A DNA stretch of 64,000 bases from positions 62,001-126,000 of the IMG/VR virus record IMGVR_UViG_3300043446_004437; one strand, written 5' to 3'. Below are positions 1 to 9,223 of the stretch, piece by piece. Position 1 is the first letter of the stretch. Every line of letters begins with the position of its first letter. The translations under genes were made by a program, and so were the position numbers. The notes under the pieces were generated by a model that saw nothing but the letters and a program-made list of their open reading frames with translations, was not told the DNA's origin and did no database searches.

Positions 1-18
1 GTACCTCTCACCCTCTCG

Positions 19-441
19 GTGAAGTTCGACAGCCCCGCCGGCTTCACCCCGGGTGTCATCTACACCTTGTGGATGGACCCGAAGGCTGACGCTCAGGTGA
101 TCGCCGGTGCAACGGCTTTCATCGACGGGACCGCCAAGACCCGCGACGGTCAGGACTACCACCGTGCTTGCCGGCTCGCTGTGGCCAACGACATCTCGGA
201 CTTCGAGATGACCGCCATCAAGACCGACAAGTACACCTCGTTCGGTGTGGAGCGGACCTCGCAGAAGGCATCCATCTTCCTGAAGGAAGGTGCCATCGCA
301 CGCTGGGAGATCGGTGAATTGACGATCAGCCCGGAGACCGGCGACTTCGACGACCTCGACTTGTTCGTCGACACCAAGGGGATGGCTCTCTTGAGCGCAC
401 CCGCAGCCCCATCCATCGTGACCGAAGAAGACCCCTTCTAG
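19..441 (+). CDS. hypothetical protein with acidic C-terminal EEDPF tail
   Basis: 140-aa ORF, GTG start, C-ending codon bias, followed by a hairpin and T-run. Confidence 0.75.
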   Translation: MKFDSPAGFTPGVIYTLWMDPKADAQVIAGATAFIDGTAKTRDGQDYHRACRLAVANDISDFEMTAIKTDKYTSFGVERTSQKASIFLKEGAIARWEIGELTISPETGDFDDLDLFVDTKGMALLSAPAAPSIVTEEDPF

Positions 442-467
442 CGGGTTCGGTCACCCAACCGTTGTTC

Positions 468-525
468 AGCCAGGTCGGTGCATGTCCCCTACATGCATCG
501 ACTTGGTTGGACTTCTTTTTTTTTC
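468..525 (+). terminator. Rho-independent terminator
   Basis: agccaggtcggtgcatgt/acatgcatcgacttggtt stem followed by a T-run. Confidence 0.7.
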
Positions 526-567
526 TTACTTAGCCCCTAGTCTAATAATAATAGTATTATTGTTTAG

Positions 568-579
568 GGAATAAGTCGG
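568..579 (+). promoter_or_regulatory. GGAATAAGTCGG motif copy 1
   Basis: Identical 12-mer also at 1874 and 2942; variant at 9823; always intergenic or at a gene end, upstream of + strand genes. Confidence 0.55.
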
Positions 580-597
580 TATTTAAGGAGGCTTAAG

Positions 598-870
598 ATG
601 AGCATTGACACCAACATCCGTGCGTTTGATCTTTCGGACGCCGGCCAAGAAACAATCTGGGGCAGAAACCAGTGTCATCACTGCAAAAAGATCAATCACA
701 TCAAGTTGAACAAGGAACAGTTTGTTGCTTGGACAACTGGTGGTCTTTTGATTCAGGACGCTTTCCCCCAGTTGACCCCAGAAGAACGAGACCTCATTCT
801 CATGGGCTTTCACCCAGAATGCTGGAATGAAGTCTTCAAGAAACCCGAAAACAAAAAGGAACAAGCATGA
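598..870 (+). CDS. hypothetical phage protein (CxxC; LIQDAFPQL..EERD.I..G.HPECW)
   Basis: AAGGAGG RBS, 90-aa ORF. Confidence 0.85.
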   Translation: MSIDTNIRAFDLSDAGQETIWGRNQCHHCKKINHIKLNKEQFVAWTTGGLLIQDAFPQLTPEERDLILMGFHPECWNEVFKKPENKKEQA

Positions 871-1073
871 TGTACTACGCCTCAATTCTCGTGTACACTC
901 TTATCGTGTGTGCACTTTTCATTCGTTGGGTCTTAAAGAATAAGAAGCCAACGAACAACCCGTGTGCCGACAGACACCTTGCAATGTACTTCATGGATGA
1001 AAAATCACATGGCTTGTACTGCGGCAGATGCAACAAGATCATCGACGAAGAGTTCTACGGAACAGAGGAGTAA
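867..1073 (+). CDS. small membrane protein with Cys/His motif
   Basis: ATGA overlap, N-terminal hydrophobic helix, CxxC. Confidence 0.7.
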   Translation: MMYYASILVYTLIVCALFIRWVLKNKKPTNNPCADRHLAMYFMDEKSHGLYCGRCNKIIDEEFYGTEE

Positions 1074-1076
1074 AAC

Positions 1077-1325
1077 ATGTTGCGACACTGGATGATCACT
1101 TGGGGTTGTCACCCCCCGGAAGGTTTCGCACCTCGTTGCGAAGAGTTCACCCACGAAACACTGGGTACCACTTACCAGCACGTCAACTGCGTAGACTGCC
1201 TTCACCAGATCATTATCGATCTGACCAAGAAGCTCGACGCACAAACCCAAGCCACCTTGGACTGGAAATCCGAATTCGAAGAAATCAACTGGAAATCCAA
1301 ATTCGAAGAACTGAACAAGGAGTAA
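1077..1325 (+). CDS. hypothetical protein
   Basis: GAGGAG RBS, tightly packed with neighbours. Confidence 0.75.
   Translation: MLRHWMITWGCHPPEGFAPRCEEFTHETLGTTYQHVNCVDCLHQIIIDLTKKLDAQTQATLDWKSEFEEINWKSKFEELNKE
1263..1316 (+). repeat. 27-bp in-frame tandem duplication (WKSEFEEIN/WKSKFEELN)
   Basis: tggaaatccgaattcgaagaaatcaac / tggaaatccaaattcgaagaactgaac. Confidence 0.85.
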
Positions 1326-1328
1326 AAC

Positions 1329-1622
1329 ATGTCGTTCACAACCCGTATCCTTTTGGATACCTTCAAGCAAATTGGTGAAGCTACCTTTCGTGATGGCTTT
1401 ATCAACTTTGAAATTGGAGATGTAGTCCAAAACGGAGAAACTCATCTCAAAATGGCTCTGCGTGTTACGGTTCAGTACCAAATGACCGACAACACCAGTA
1501 CCTATGTCCAAATTTTCAAAGGCTCTAACAAGCACAAAAGAGCAGCCGAATGGCTGTTTCAGATGACTGAAGGTGAACTCGGTCCCAATAATATGGAGAC
1601 CTTCATCGAAAAGATCATCTAA
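1329..1622 (+). CDS. hypothetical protein
   Basis: AAGGAG RBS, 97 aa. Confidence 0.8.
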   Translation: MSFTTRILLDTFKQIGEATFRDGFINFEIGDVVQNGETHLKMALRVTVQYQMTDNTSTYVQIFKGSNKHKRAAEWLFQMTEGELGPNNMETFIEKII

Positions 1623-1873
1623 AAGATCTTGTGTAAGGTTTCGAATAGCCAGCCAATAGGTTGGAATTCCTATGTCGAATACCTTTTCACGAGAAATCCT
1701 AGTTATAACTAGGCGTGTAAATAATCATAGGACACGATCCAGTAAACAGGAAAAGCCTATGTACTGGTAGCCTGACACCAATGGATGTCGAATCAGGCTG
1801 GGTAGTCAACACCCAAAAACCCCTCGGTCTGCCCCACCGGGACAAAGTTGATAACGGGGCATTATAAACATTC

Positions 1874-1885
1874 GGAATAAGTCGG
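1874..1885 (+). promoter_or_regulatory. GGAATAAGTCGG motif copy 2
   Basis: Exact copy, 15 nt upstream of ATG 1901. Confidence 0.55.
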
Positions 1886-1900
1886 GAAAGGGAAAACACC

Positions 1901-2169
1901 ATGACAAACATTCAGAATATGGACAGTAGCGAACTGGTTTTGGAAGCCTTGAAGGGCTTGACCAGAATCACCGAAAAGCTCGGTAACATCATCGAAACAC
2001 ACCAAAGGCTTCTTCACATGATGAACGACCGAATCAATCAGCTCGAAAGGGGCGAATAATGAAGAAAATGATCATCAGTAATCTCATCAGCAATTTGATC
2101 TGGGTAGTGACAGTCACCATTGGTGTGGTTGGCGCTGCTCTTTTCATCGACTCAAAGGAGAACAAATAA
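1901..2169 (+). CDS. two small ORFs (1901-2059, 52 aa; 2059-2169, 36 aa hydrophobic)
   Basis: TAATG-coupled ORFs read by hand, below the ORF-track cutoff. Confidence 0.6.
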
Positions 2170-2471
2170 TGAGCATCATCACCGTACGCCAAGTCGACAT
2201 TGACACAGCACACGAGCAGGCATATGGTTTCAACGCGTGGTACACCGATGGACGCAGCCTTCCAAAGGGCATGTATTCATCGTTTGTGGCACACTACCAC
2301 GTTGCAACCGAAACCTGCTACATCGAGTTCAGCATCCAATCACCCACCGGTGATTCTTCCGACCATCACAACTTCGCATTCCCGTGTGCCAATTTCACGC
2401 AAGCAATGAACATCGTGGACATGCACTCGGCAATGATGCAAGCGTGGATCGTGGAGAACACACCCGTATGA
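2169..2471 (+). CDS. hypothetical protein
   Basis: AAGGAG RBS, TAATG coupling. Confidence 0.8.
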   Translation: MSIITVRQVDIDTAHEQAYGFNAWYTDGRSLPKGMYSSFVAHYHVATETCYIEFSIQSPTGDSSDHHNFAFPCANFTQAMNIVDMHSAMMQAWIVENTPV

Positions 2472-2638
2472 AAATCAAAATCATCGATGACGTACCGCGC
2501 AAAGGTTTGTGTGCCATGTGTCACAAAACCAAACTGACAGTAACCGTCGCAATATCTTCAAAGAACAGTCCAATAGTTACAACTGAAGACTGGTGCCTTG
2601 AAGACTTCCACAAGATACAAGATAGGACTCTACGATGA
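2468..2638 (+). CDS. small zinc-finger protein (CxxC...WC)
   Basis: ATGA overlap at 2468. Confidence 0.6.
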   Translation: MKIKIIDDVPRKGLCAMCHKTKLTVTVAISSKNSPIVTTEDWCLEDFHKIQDRTLR

Positions 2639-2744
2639 ATAAGATTCTAAAGAAAGTTGCGCTAGTCACCACAGCGATAGCATTTGTTGTCGCCGGCCTT
2701 GCACTATACGTCAAGAACATGACATTGTTCAAGAAGGAGAAATA

Positions 2745-2942
2745 ATGTTTAAAATACTTTTATTCCTCGCCGGCGTAATCTCTGGCTTAATAACTAACGC
2801 AGTAATAGTCCGCAAAAAGCGCACTGTGACAAACGACACACTCGATTTCCCAATGTGGGTAAACGATGCGTGCAATGATATTGAAACTAAATTCAATAAC
2901 ATTGTTGCACGTTACAACCACCCGACTTATCGAAACCAGTAG
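2745..2942 (+). CDS. small membrane-anchored protein
   Basis: AAGGAG RBS, N-terminal TM. Confidence 0.7.
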   Translation: MFKILLFLAGVISGLITNAVIVRKKRTVTNDTLDFPMWVNDACNDIETKFNNIVARYNHPTYRNQ

Positions 2943-2953
2943 GAATAAGTCGG
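2942..2953 (+). promoter_or_regulatory. GGAATAAGTCGG motif copy 3
   Basis: Exact copy. Confidence 0.55.
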
Positions 2954-3045
2954 CACATCTAGGGAAGGGGGTGACCGTTTGTTAGATTGGCTATTTGATT
3001 TAATTCATGACATTCTAGATTCACTATTCAACTAAGGAGAAAACT

Positions 3046-3222
3046 ATGTTAGGCAAGTTTCTTGGAAAAGTAACTGGCAAGTCAGTTGACATTGTTACTG
3101 CTACGCCAGAGTTTGTGAAGACAAACACAAAGGCAACCATGGAAGCATTGAAGAATGCTAAAAATGAGTTCGTCTCTGATTTCAAGACCGAGTTCAACAA
3201 GTCCGATTCAGAAGGACTGTAA
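3046..3222 (+). CDS. hypothetical protein (58 aa)
   Basis: TAAGGAG RBS; read by hand. Confidence 0.65.
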   Translation: MLGKFLGKVTGKSVDIVTATPEFVKTNTKATMEALKNAKNEFVSDFKTEFNKSDSEGL

Positions 3223-3300
3223 TAATACAAAGATTTGGGCTAGTCCCAAAGTAAGCAATATCCACAATACAATATCCATAAAATACACAAAGGAATAAAC

Positions 3301-4341
3301 ATGTCATTACTCGAAAAGTTCGGATACAAGAAGGACGAGTTCGCAATCGCTTTGGAGAACCCAGAGTTGTTTGCTTCCAACTCAACCACCACCAAGATCG
3401 TAGTTGGTAAGCCAACTCGGATTCCTGGTTCAATCAACGGAGTTGCGGTTCCAACCACAATTCTCGTCAAGAAGGCACAGTGGAGCCGCCTCACGGTTCG
3501 TGACCACATCGTTCGCCGCGCAGACGCAGAAGCACGCGTTTCGCAGGTGTTTGGTGGTGTGTTCAACAACCTTCAGGCAGACGTCACCCTCGAAATCGAC
3601 GGCACCGAAATGTCGTTGTACGATCTCATGAAGCAGTTCTGCATCGAATCGTACGGCAAGTCGTTGACCGACGACAAGATCGACCAGATGTTGAGCACCA
3701 ACTTGTCATTAAACGGCATCCGCAATGGTGGACCGCTCATGTTCCAGCAGATGGGTGCTAGCGTTGCTGGCATTGCACACGCTGTGGACGCATTCAAGTC
3801 GGCTGGTGCATTCGATGACATTCGTTCGGTTGGATCCAGCAAGTCCTTCACCACAGCATACAAGATGCCTGATGGTAGCGGACTTGACGTGGTTTCCTTC
3901 GAGCTTGGTACCTCGGATCGTAACCTGTCCAAGACTGGTCAGGGCTTCATTGACATCGTCAGTGCAGTGACCGAGAACTTCGAGCGTGTCAAGAACCACA
4001 AGTCTGTGGCCAAGGTGCTGCAGGACAAGTTGGACGCTGGCATTGGTTCGATGAGTCAGGAAGACATCAAGAAGGCACAAGGGGAAATCAAGATTGAGCT
4101 TGACATGGCCAAGGACTACGCAAACTGCTGGTCTGGTGCTGCTCGTCAAACCAAGATTGACAACGGTCGCAAGATTGTTGAGAACAAGTACAACGCATCC
4201 AACGCACCATGTGGTCGCTGGTCTGCCGTTGTAAACGGTACGGTTGTGGACTTCGATGTCTGGTCAAACTCGACCAAGAGCGCAGTCAACACCACAGAAC
4301 AGGAACTGAGCAGCATCGCAACTGCTGTCGACCCGTTCTGA
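3301..4341 (+). CDS. hypothetical protein with C-terminal DPF tail
   Basis: 346 aa, strong C-ending codon bias, AAGGA RBS. Confidence 0.9.
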   Translation: MSLLEKFGYKKDEFAIALENPELFASNSTTTKIVVGKPTRIPGSINGVAVPTTILVKKAQWSRLTVRDHIVRRADAEARVSQVFGGVFNNLQADVTLEIDGTEMSLYDLMKQFCIESYGKSLTDDKIDQMLSTNLSLNGIRNGGPLMFQQMGASVAGIAHAVDAFKSAGAFDDIRSVGSSKSFTTAYKMPDGSGLDVVSFELGTSDRNLSKTGQGFIDIVSAVTENFERVKNHKSVAKVLQDKLDAGIGSMSQEDIKKAQGEIKIELDMAKDYANCWSGAARQTKIDNGRKIVENKYNASNAPCGRWSAVVNGTVVDFDVWSNSTKSAVNTTEQELSSIATAVDPF

Positions 4342-4352
4342 ACCAAGTTTAG

Positions 4353-4385
4353 TGGGGTTGGTCTGATGATCGCAGGCCAACCCCT
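4353..4385 (+). terminator. GC hairpin, probable terminator
   Basis: ggggttggtct...aggccaacccc. Confidence 0.55.
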
Positions 4386-4420
4386 CTAATAATAAAAATA
4401 CTCAAACGAAGGAGCAAGAC

Positions 4421-4705
4421 ATGTACACAATTGCACTTGTCGTTCTGCTTGGTTTGGTATCCGCAACTGTGACTCAGATTGTATTGGACATTGTTCCAGC
4501 AATCAAAAAGATCCCTGTTGTTGGAGACCCAATCAGACTCTACGCTATTGTGGCTATCCTTATCGTATGGCTCACTGACACATCAGTGTTAAGAACCTTC
4601 GGTATTGGTGCCACAGAACAGTGGATTGATGTAGTGGGCTCAGGTTTGGCAATTGCAGGCGCATCTGCAATCGTTGACGCTGTAGTCAATTACCTCGATA
4701 AATAA
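4421..4705 (+). CDS. three-TM membrane protein (holin-like topology)
   Basis: AAGGAG RBS, three hydrophobic segments. Confidence 0.7.
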   Translation: MYTIALVVLLGLVSATVTQIVLDIVPAIKKIPVVGDPIRLYAIVAILIVWLTDTSVLRTFGIGATEQWIDVVGSGLAIAGASAIVDAVVNYLDK

Positions 4706-4824
4706 AACTAAATTTAGTGGGTAGTAGACGAGCATATCCCCGATTATATGCTGCAAACCAACCGTTTGCTACCCACTATTTAGTTTATTATAAAAAAATT
4801 TTTATTAATTCAAAAAGGAATAAC

Positions 4825-5076
4825 ATGTCATCACCACTTGAAATGTTTGAAATACTGCAATGGATGAAAGACGCCGGCTGCAAAGGAAATACAGAAGCAA
4901 ACTTCTTTCCAGAAAGCGGCTACACCAAAGAATCACAACTTGCATACGAAATCTGTTCACGATGCAATGTTAAAACTGAATGTTTAAACTATGCTGTTGA
5001 TCGTCCCGAACTTCTTGGTATTTGGGGTGGCACATCACACAGACAACGCCGACACATCCGTATGGGAAGGAAATAA
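4825..5076 (+). CDS. whiB: WhiB-family Fe-S transcription factor #1
   Basis: W..A.C...FFP...C..C.V..EC and GIWGG. Confidence 0.93.
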   Translation: MSSPLEMFEILQWMKDAGCKGNTEANFFPESGYTKESQLAYEICSRCNVKTECLNYAVDRPELLGIWGGTSHRQRRHIRMGRK

Positions 5077-5077
5077 A

Positions 5078-5455
5078 GTGAATGAATATCCAGACAATTA
5101 TCCTCGCCACGGTTTTCACATCTGTCATGGGTGTGGCTCTATGGCTCCGCATCATACTCATAAAAACCTTCCAAATAATGGATGGACATTTAATATCAAT
5201 AACTTCGGATACTACAGTGGATTCACCGACCAAATCGACGAAGGACCAATAAACATCAGAATGTGTCATGAATGTGTAAATAAATTCCTTGAAACATTTC
5301 CACTATTAAGTATGTTTGTTCCCCGTGGATCACACCCAATGTGGGGACCCAGCGAAAAACCATGCTGCAAATATGCTTGGAAACAAGAAAATATTGGAAA
5401 TGCATCCTTTATTTATATGCCCACCGAAGACGGCGAAAAATGGGAAATTCAGTGA
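5078..5455 (+). CDS. Cys/His-rich hypothetical protein
   Basis: GTG start inferred, two CxxC motifs. Confidence 0.7.
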   Translation: MNEYPDNYPRHGFHICHGCGSMAPHHTHKNLPNNGWTFNINNFGYYSGFTDQIDEGPINIRMCHECVNKFLETFPLLSMFVPRGSHPMWGPSEKPCCKYAWKQENIGNASFIYMPTEDGEKWEIQ

Positions 5456-5468
5456 AAGGAGTCACACA

Positions 5469-5636
5469 ATGTGGCTATGTGATTACTGCGGCAAAGAATT
5501 AGAAGAACCCATAGTAGCATGCGACACCTGCTACGCAAAACCAAAAATAAAGAAAAACATACTTCTAAAGCATCAAGAACACCAAATAGCTATTATGTTG
5601 AAACACATCAAAAAACCACGCACAGGACACTCATAA
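5469..5636 (+). CDS. small zinc-ribbon protein
   Basis: CxxC...CxxC, AAGGAG RBS. Confidence 0.65.
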   Translation: MWLCDYCGKELEEPIVACDTCYAKPKIKKNILLKHQEHQIAIMLKHIKKPRTGHS

Positions 5637-5677
5637 CCATTATGACTATCTCCTATAACACCATCATACCAACTTTA

Positions 5678-5708
<31 letters not shown>

Positions 5709-5873
5709 CGAAGCGAGCCCCCCTACCCCCTAGTAGACTTCCGTAAGGAAGCTTCTAAAAAAATTCGAGTAGTCCTCAGGACGCCGAGAAAAAAAGAAGT
5801 ACAAATGTTGCAAGCGAGTACACGAGTCTGCTATACTGATATCCTAGGAAATAAACACATAAGGAGATTATGT

Positions 5874-6089
5874 ATGCCTCGGCAGCATCAATCTAAAGCA
5901 GTCCGGAAAGTTCTCGCAGAACTAACCAGACTAGGCTTTAACGTTGAACAAAAAAAATCAGGTGTCTATCGGATCACTCCACCTCCAGGTGTAGACGGTC
6001 CAATGTATACGACACATGGCACGGAATCAGCATTGCACCCAATGCGCCGTGACTTTAAAAAATATTATAACATAGATATCAACGTTTAA
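5874..6089 (+). CDS. HicA-like small protein
   Basis: helix-LGF.V..KKSG.Y.I pattern resembling the HicA dsRBD-like fold; AAGGAG RBS. Confidence 0.45.
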   Translation: MPRQHQSKAVRKVLAELTRLGFNVEQKKSGVYRITPPPGVDGPMYTTHGTESALHPMRRDFKKYYNIDINV

Positions 6090-6105
6090 AAATGTTTGCT
6101 TCCAC

Positions 6106-6169
6106 GGGAGAGCTCATCTTGTACTTCTATTAGGTGGTGGTAGAAATACTGTGGGTGGTGGGCTCTCCC
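6106..6169 (+). terminator. long hairpin after the HicA-like gene
   Basis: gggagagctcatc / ggtgggctctccc closing stem. Confidence 0.45.
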
Positions 6170-6546
6170 ACCCTCCACAATACCCCCAAAAACCTCAACC
6201 AAACCACAAAAAACCCTACAAAAACACCTACCTCACACACACAAAAACCAGACCAAACCCAACCAAAAATGTTAAAAAAACAATAAAAATAAACTTTCTC
6301 GGGGCACTGCCCATTATAACTTATATAACTTATATAAATTGATATAAATCGATATAAAACAATATAAACGTAGTGAAACACATGTGTACACATACATCAA
6401 ACCATTTGATACCCATGTGTACACAATAAAGAATTCTCCCTTTGAATTCTGATATAGAAATAAGACAGGCTAACAATGCCTAGTCCATACAGATAAGTAT
6501 TAGAATAGTATTAGAATAAAACATTGTATTATGAAAGGATACATAT

Positions 6547-6981
6547 ATGCTCTTTATGATGATGATATGGTTAGCTATAGCTTCTACAGTTGTAGAGATG
6601 ATGTTTGCCGCCAGGATTCCAGCATGGCGTAAAAACGCACACAAATACAAATGGGTAAATATGACTCTGTCATTGATGCTCTCATTCATCTTAGGCCTCA
6701 TGTTCGGTGCCGCCGGACTGATCGCCTTAGGTGCAGCCATGATCTCAACCGTCCTATCCATCCCAGGCTATGCCATCCTACACTGGAATTATGATTCCAA
6801 GGAAGCACAAAAGCATGGTGGAAATATGATGGTTCATCTTCGCGCCAAATGGCACCAAGCATTCAAAGACCTACTCAAAGTCATATACACCATAATCAGA
6901 ATAATCACATTCCCCATCTGGGCCACCCGGGCAGCAGTAAACAAAATCAACGCAATCAAAGCACGCAGAGCAATACCATGA
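6547..6981 (+). CDS. multi-pass membrane protein
   Basis: AAGGA RBS, 3-4 hydrophobic helices. Confidence 0.8.
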   Translation: MLFMMMIWLAIASTVVEMMFAARIPAWRKNAHKYKWVNMTLSLMLSFILGLMFGAAGLIALGAAMISTVLSIPGYAILHWNYDSKEAQKHGGNMMVHLRAKWHQAFKDLLKVIYTIIRIITFPIWATRAAVNKINAIKARRAIP

Positions 6982-7075
6982 TAACCTTACTATTTAGAAT
7001 CATACGACAAATAGCACTAGCAATAAACAATCGTATAAAACACTAAAAATTACAAAAAAATTTTGCGCCGAAACA

Positions 7076-7148
7076 GCCCTGATAGCTCAGAGGACAGAGC
7101 AACGGACTTCTAATCCGCAGGTCGTAGGTTCGACTCCTACTCAGGGCG
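7076..7148 (+). tRNA. trnR: tRNA-Arg(TCT)
   Basis: GCCCTGA/TCAGGGC acceptor, loop CTTCTAA, GGTTCGACTCC T-arm. Confidence 0.95.
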
Positions 7149-7211
7149 CTCAAATAAAAACAAAACAGTGACCAACCCAGCAATAAAAATAAACTTAATC
7201 GAGGTATAGAC

Positions 7212-7805
7212 ATGAACACCGTTCGCATTATACTCCCAAATGATTTCATCATTGAAGCTACCGTCGACCAAGCCACAGAAATTCTCAACAAAATTTCTTC
7301 TGGCACAACACTCACACCAGAGCAGAATCAGGAACGTTTAAAGAAACACAACGAATCTTTGCGGCCCCAAATACAGGAAGAAATGAACAACATTAAAGAG
7401 GATAAAGTTGTTCGTGTAAAGCCGGCGAAGCAAGTCAAAACCGTTGTTTTCCCAGTTCCTGTAACAGCAAGACTTACTGTTCCACAGCGTCAGCTTATCC
7501 AGGCTGCATTTTATTATGCACCAGATAAAGCAACCGCTAAAGGCAAGGCAGCATACATAGCTGCCATACTTATGGATCGTCAGATCTATACAGTTGATCA
7601 GCTTAAAAAGCTTGCCGATGCCCCAACATCAACAGTAACTTTTGCTATTCGCCGCCTTCGCGAAGCTGGATCTAAAGTAGATACGAGCTCAACTGTAATG
7701 AGCAAAAATACTTTAGTTCAATTATCACGCATTTCAAAACCTAAATTTAAAGTCGCAAGAACAGCCAAAAATGCTGGTCCAAAACCACAGAATTTAGCCG
7801 AATAA
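7212..7805 (+). CDS. putative winged-HTH DNA-binding protein
   Basis: YTVDQLKKLADAPTSTVTFAIRRLREAG HTH-like segment. Confidence 0.6.
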   Translation: MNTVRIILPNDFIIEATVDQATEILNKISSGTTLTPEQNQERLKKHNESLRPQIQEEMNNIKEDKVVRVKPAKQVKTVVFPVPVTARLTVPQRQLIQAAFYYAPDKATAKGKAAYIAAILMDRQIYTVDQLKKLADAPTSTVTFAIRRLREAGSKVDTSSTVMSKNTLVQLSRISKPKFKVARTAKNAGPKPQNLAE

Positions 7806-8012
7806 ATACAGAGCAATAGCTCTGAAATATAGGTTAAAATAAACAATCTAGCCAAACATCTGGCTTAACAGATGTCTTGACTGGGCTATGTAAATGAACC
7901 CGTTCATGCTCATTTTACATAGGGTCCCTTTCAGCTTAAATTTCCTGAGAATTTAAGTCCGCTCCGCTCCCCCAGGCGTGAGCCCCAGTCAGACAACAAC
8001 TTAAGGAATATT

Positions 8013-8474
8013 ATGACCATAACAGAAACACAATTACCTGAACACGTACAAAGAATGCTCGATGTACACGACACTCTTTGGAACGCCTTATCTATTGATG
8101 GCCAGGTAAATAAACTATCATACAAAGGCAACGAGTATGATATCTATATTCCTGGACATGGTGGCTATGCTTCCGTTATCTTAACCAATGATACAGGCAA
8201 AAACTTCCTGTGGATTACACAGAATTTAAATAAGTCAAGCTATGCTTCAATTGAAATAGCTAAAGCTCGCTCACAAGGCGACGATAAACGTGTCACATGG
8301 ATTGTCGACAACAGCAACAACGAATTTTATTATTGCGCCTTGATTAAAACATGTCAATATTTTGACGGCAAGAAAGATATACTCATAGAAAAGTATGATC
8401 ATGGAGCTACACATTTAGTGTATTCGACTGATCCTTTCTATGAAAATTATATCCCGCCAAAGTCTAAATATTAA
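8013..8474 (+). CDS. hypothetical protein
   Basis: TAAGGA RBS, 153 aa. Confidence 0.8.
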   Translation: MTITETQLPEHVQRMLDVHDTLWNALSIDGQVNKLSYKGNEYDIYIPGHGGYASVILTNDTGKNFLWITQNLNKSSYASIEIAKARSQGDDKRVTWIVDNSNNEFYYCALIKTCQYFDGKKDILIEKYDHGATHLVYSTDPFYENYIPPKSKY

Positions 8475-8653
8475 CTCAAAAATGTTGGACACCTAAATTT
8501 ATACACCTTTGGTGTTCGCGCATACATAATATATATATTTTTTGTAATGTTGATTTTCTCAAAATTAAGTGTTATACTATTTTTTCACTAAAAATAACAT
8601 ATTATATATATAACTTTATACACCTTTCACAACACAAAAAAGGACATATTATC

Positions 8654-8857
8654 ATGGCAAAACCTTCAAAAACTCCACTCATTCAAGAATTCATCGCAGC
8701 CAACAATGGCAAGATTTATTCAACAAAAGAGATGTGCACAGAGATCGGCGTCAGCCTTCCAACACTTCTCGCATTCATCAAAAACAATCCTGAGTCATTT
8801 GCCCAACAGGCATATGGAGTTTACAAGATTGAAGTAAACGCACAAGCAACATACTAA
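8654..8857 (+). CDS. small winged-HTH protein
   Basis: YSTKEMCTEIGVSLPTLLAFIK; TTGATT...TATACT promoter-like element upstream (about 8551-8579). Confidence 0.7.
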   Translation: MAKPSKTPLIQEFIAANNGKIYSTKEMCTEIGVSLPTLLAFIKNNPESFAQQAYGVYKIEVNAQATY

Positions 8858-8917
8858 AACATATATAAAAATAAAGAAAGAAACTTAAGTTTTAATCTTT
8901 ATACAGGTACTATTCAA

Positions 8918-9164
8918 CTATCGCCTAACAAGCGATAGCGCAGGTAAGTTTAGACTTACCATCCTCTAACAAAGGATATGTATTGAAGACATACTTGTTA
9001 CACCACCATATATGTGATAAACTAATACCAATGCCCGTAACCAGCGGGCAGGGGAATAATCCCTAACGTAACAGAGAAATACTGTGAAGTCGGAGATGGC
9101 TAACCTTGCCACTGTGACGGGCATTTCGTATATGTCCGCACATCTTCGGTTTCGCAACCTGCGC
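8918..9164 (+). ncRNA. candidate structured RNA or leader upstream of the lysozyme-like gene
   Basis: At least 7 hairpins, long-range gcgcaggt/acctgcgc pairing, recurrent TAAC loops. Confidence 0.55.
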
Positions 9165-9223
9165 CGTACTAATGGCTTCTTCAGTTAGAAGTCAGACAAA
9201 GACGAAAAGGAGCGAACACGGAA

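Noticed and set aside
8918-9164. Cobalamin or c-di-AMP (ydaO) riboswitch
   Set aside because: Only isolated words (GCCACTG, ACCTGC, GCTAAC) match; the conserved cores and their order are missing.
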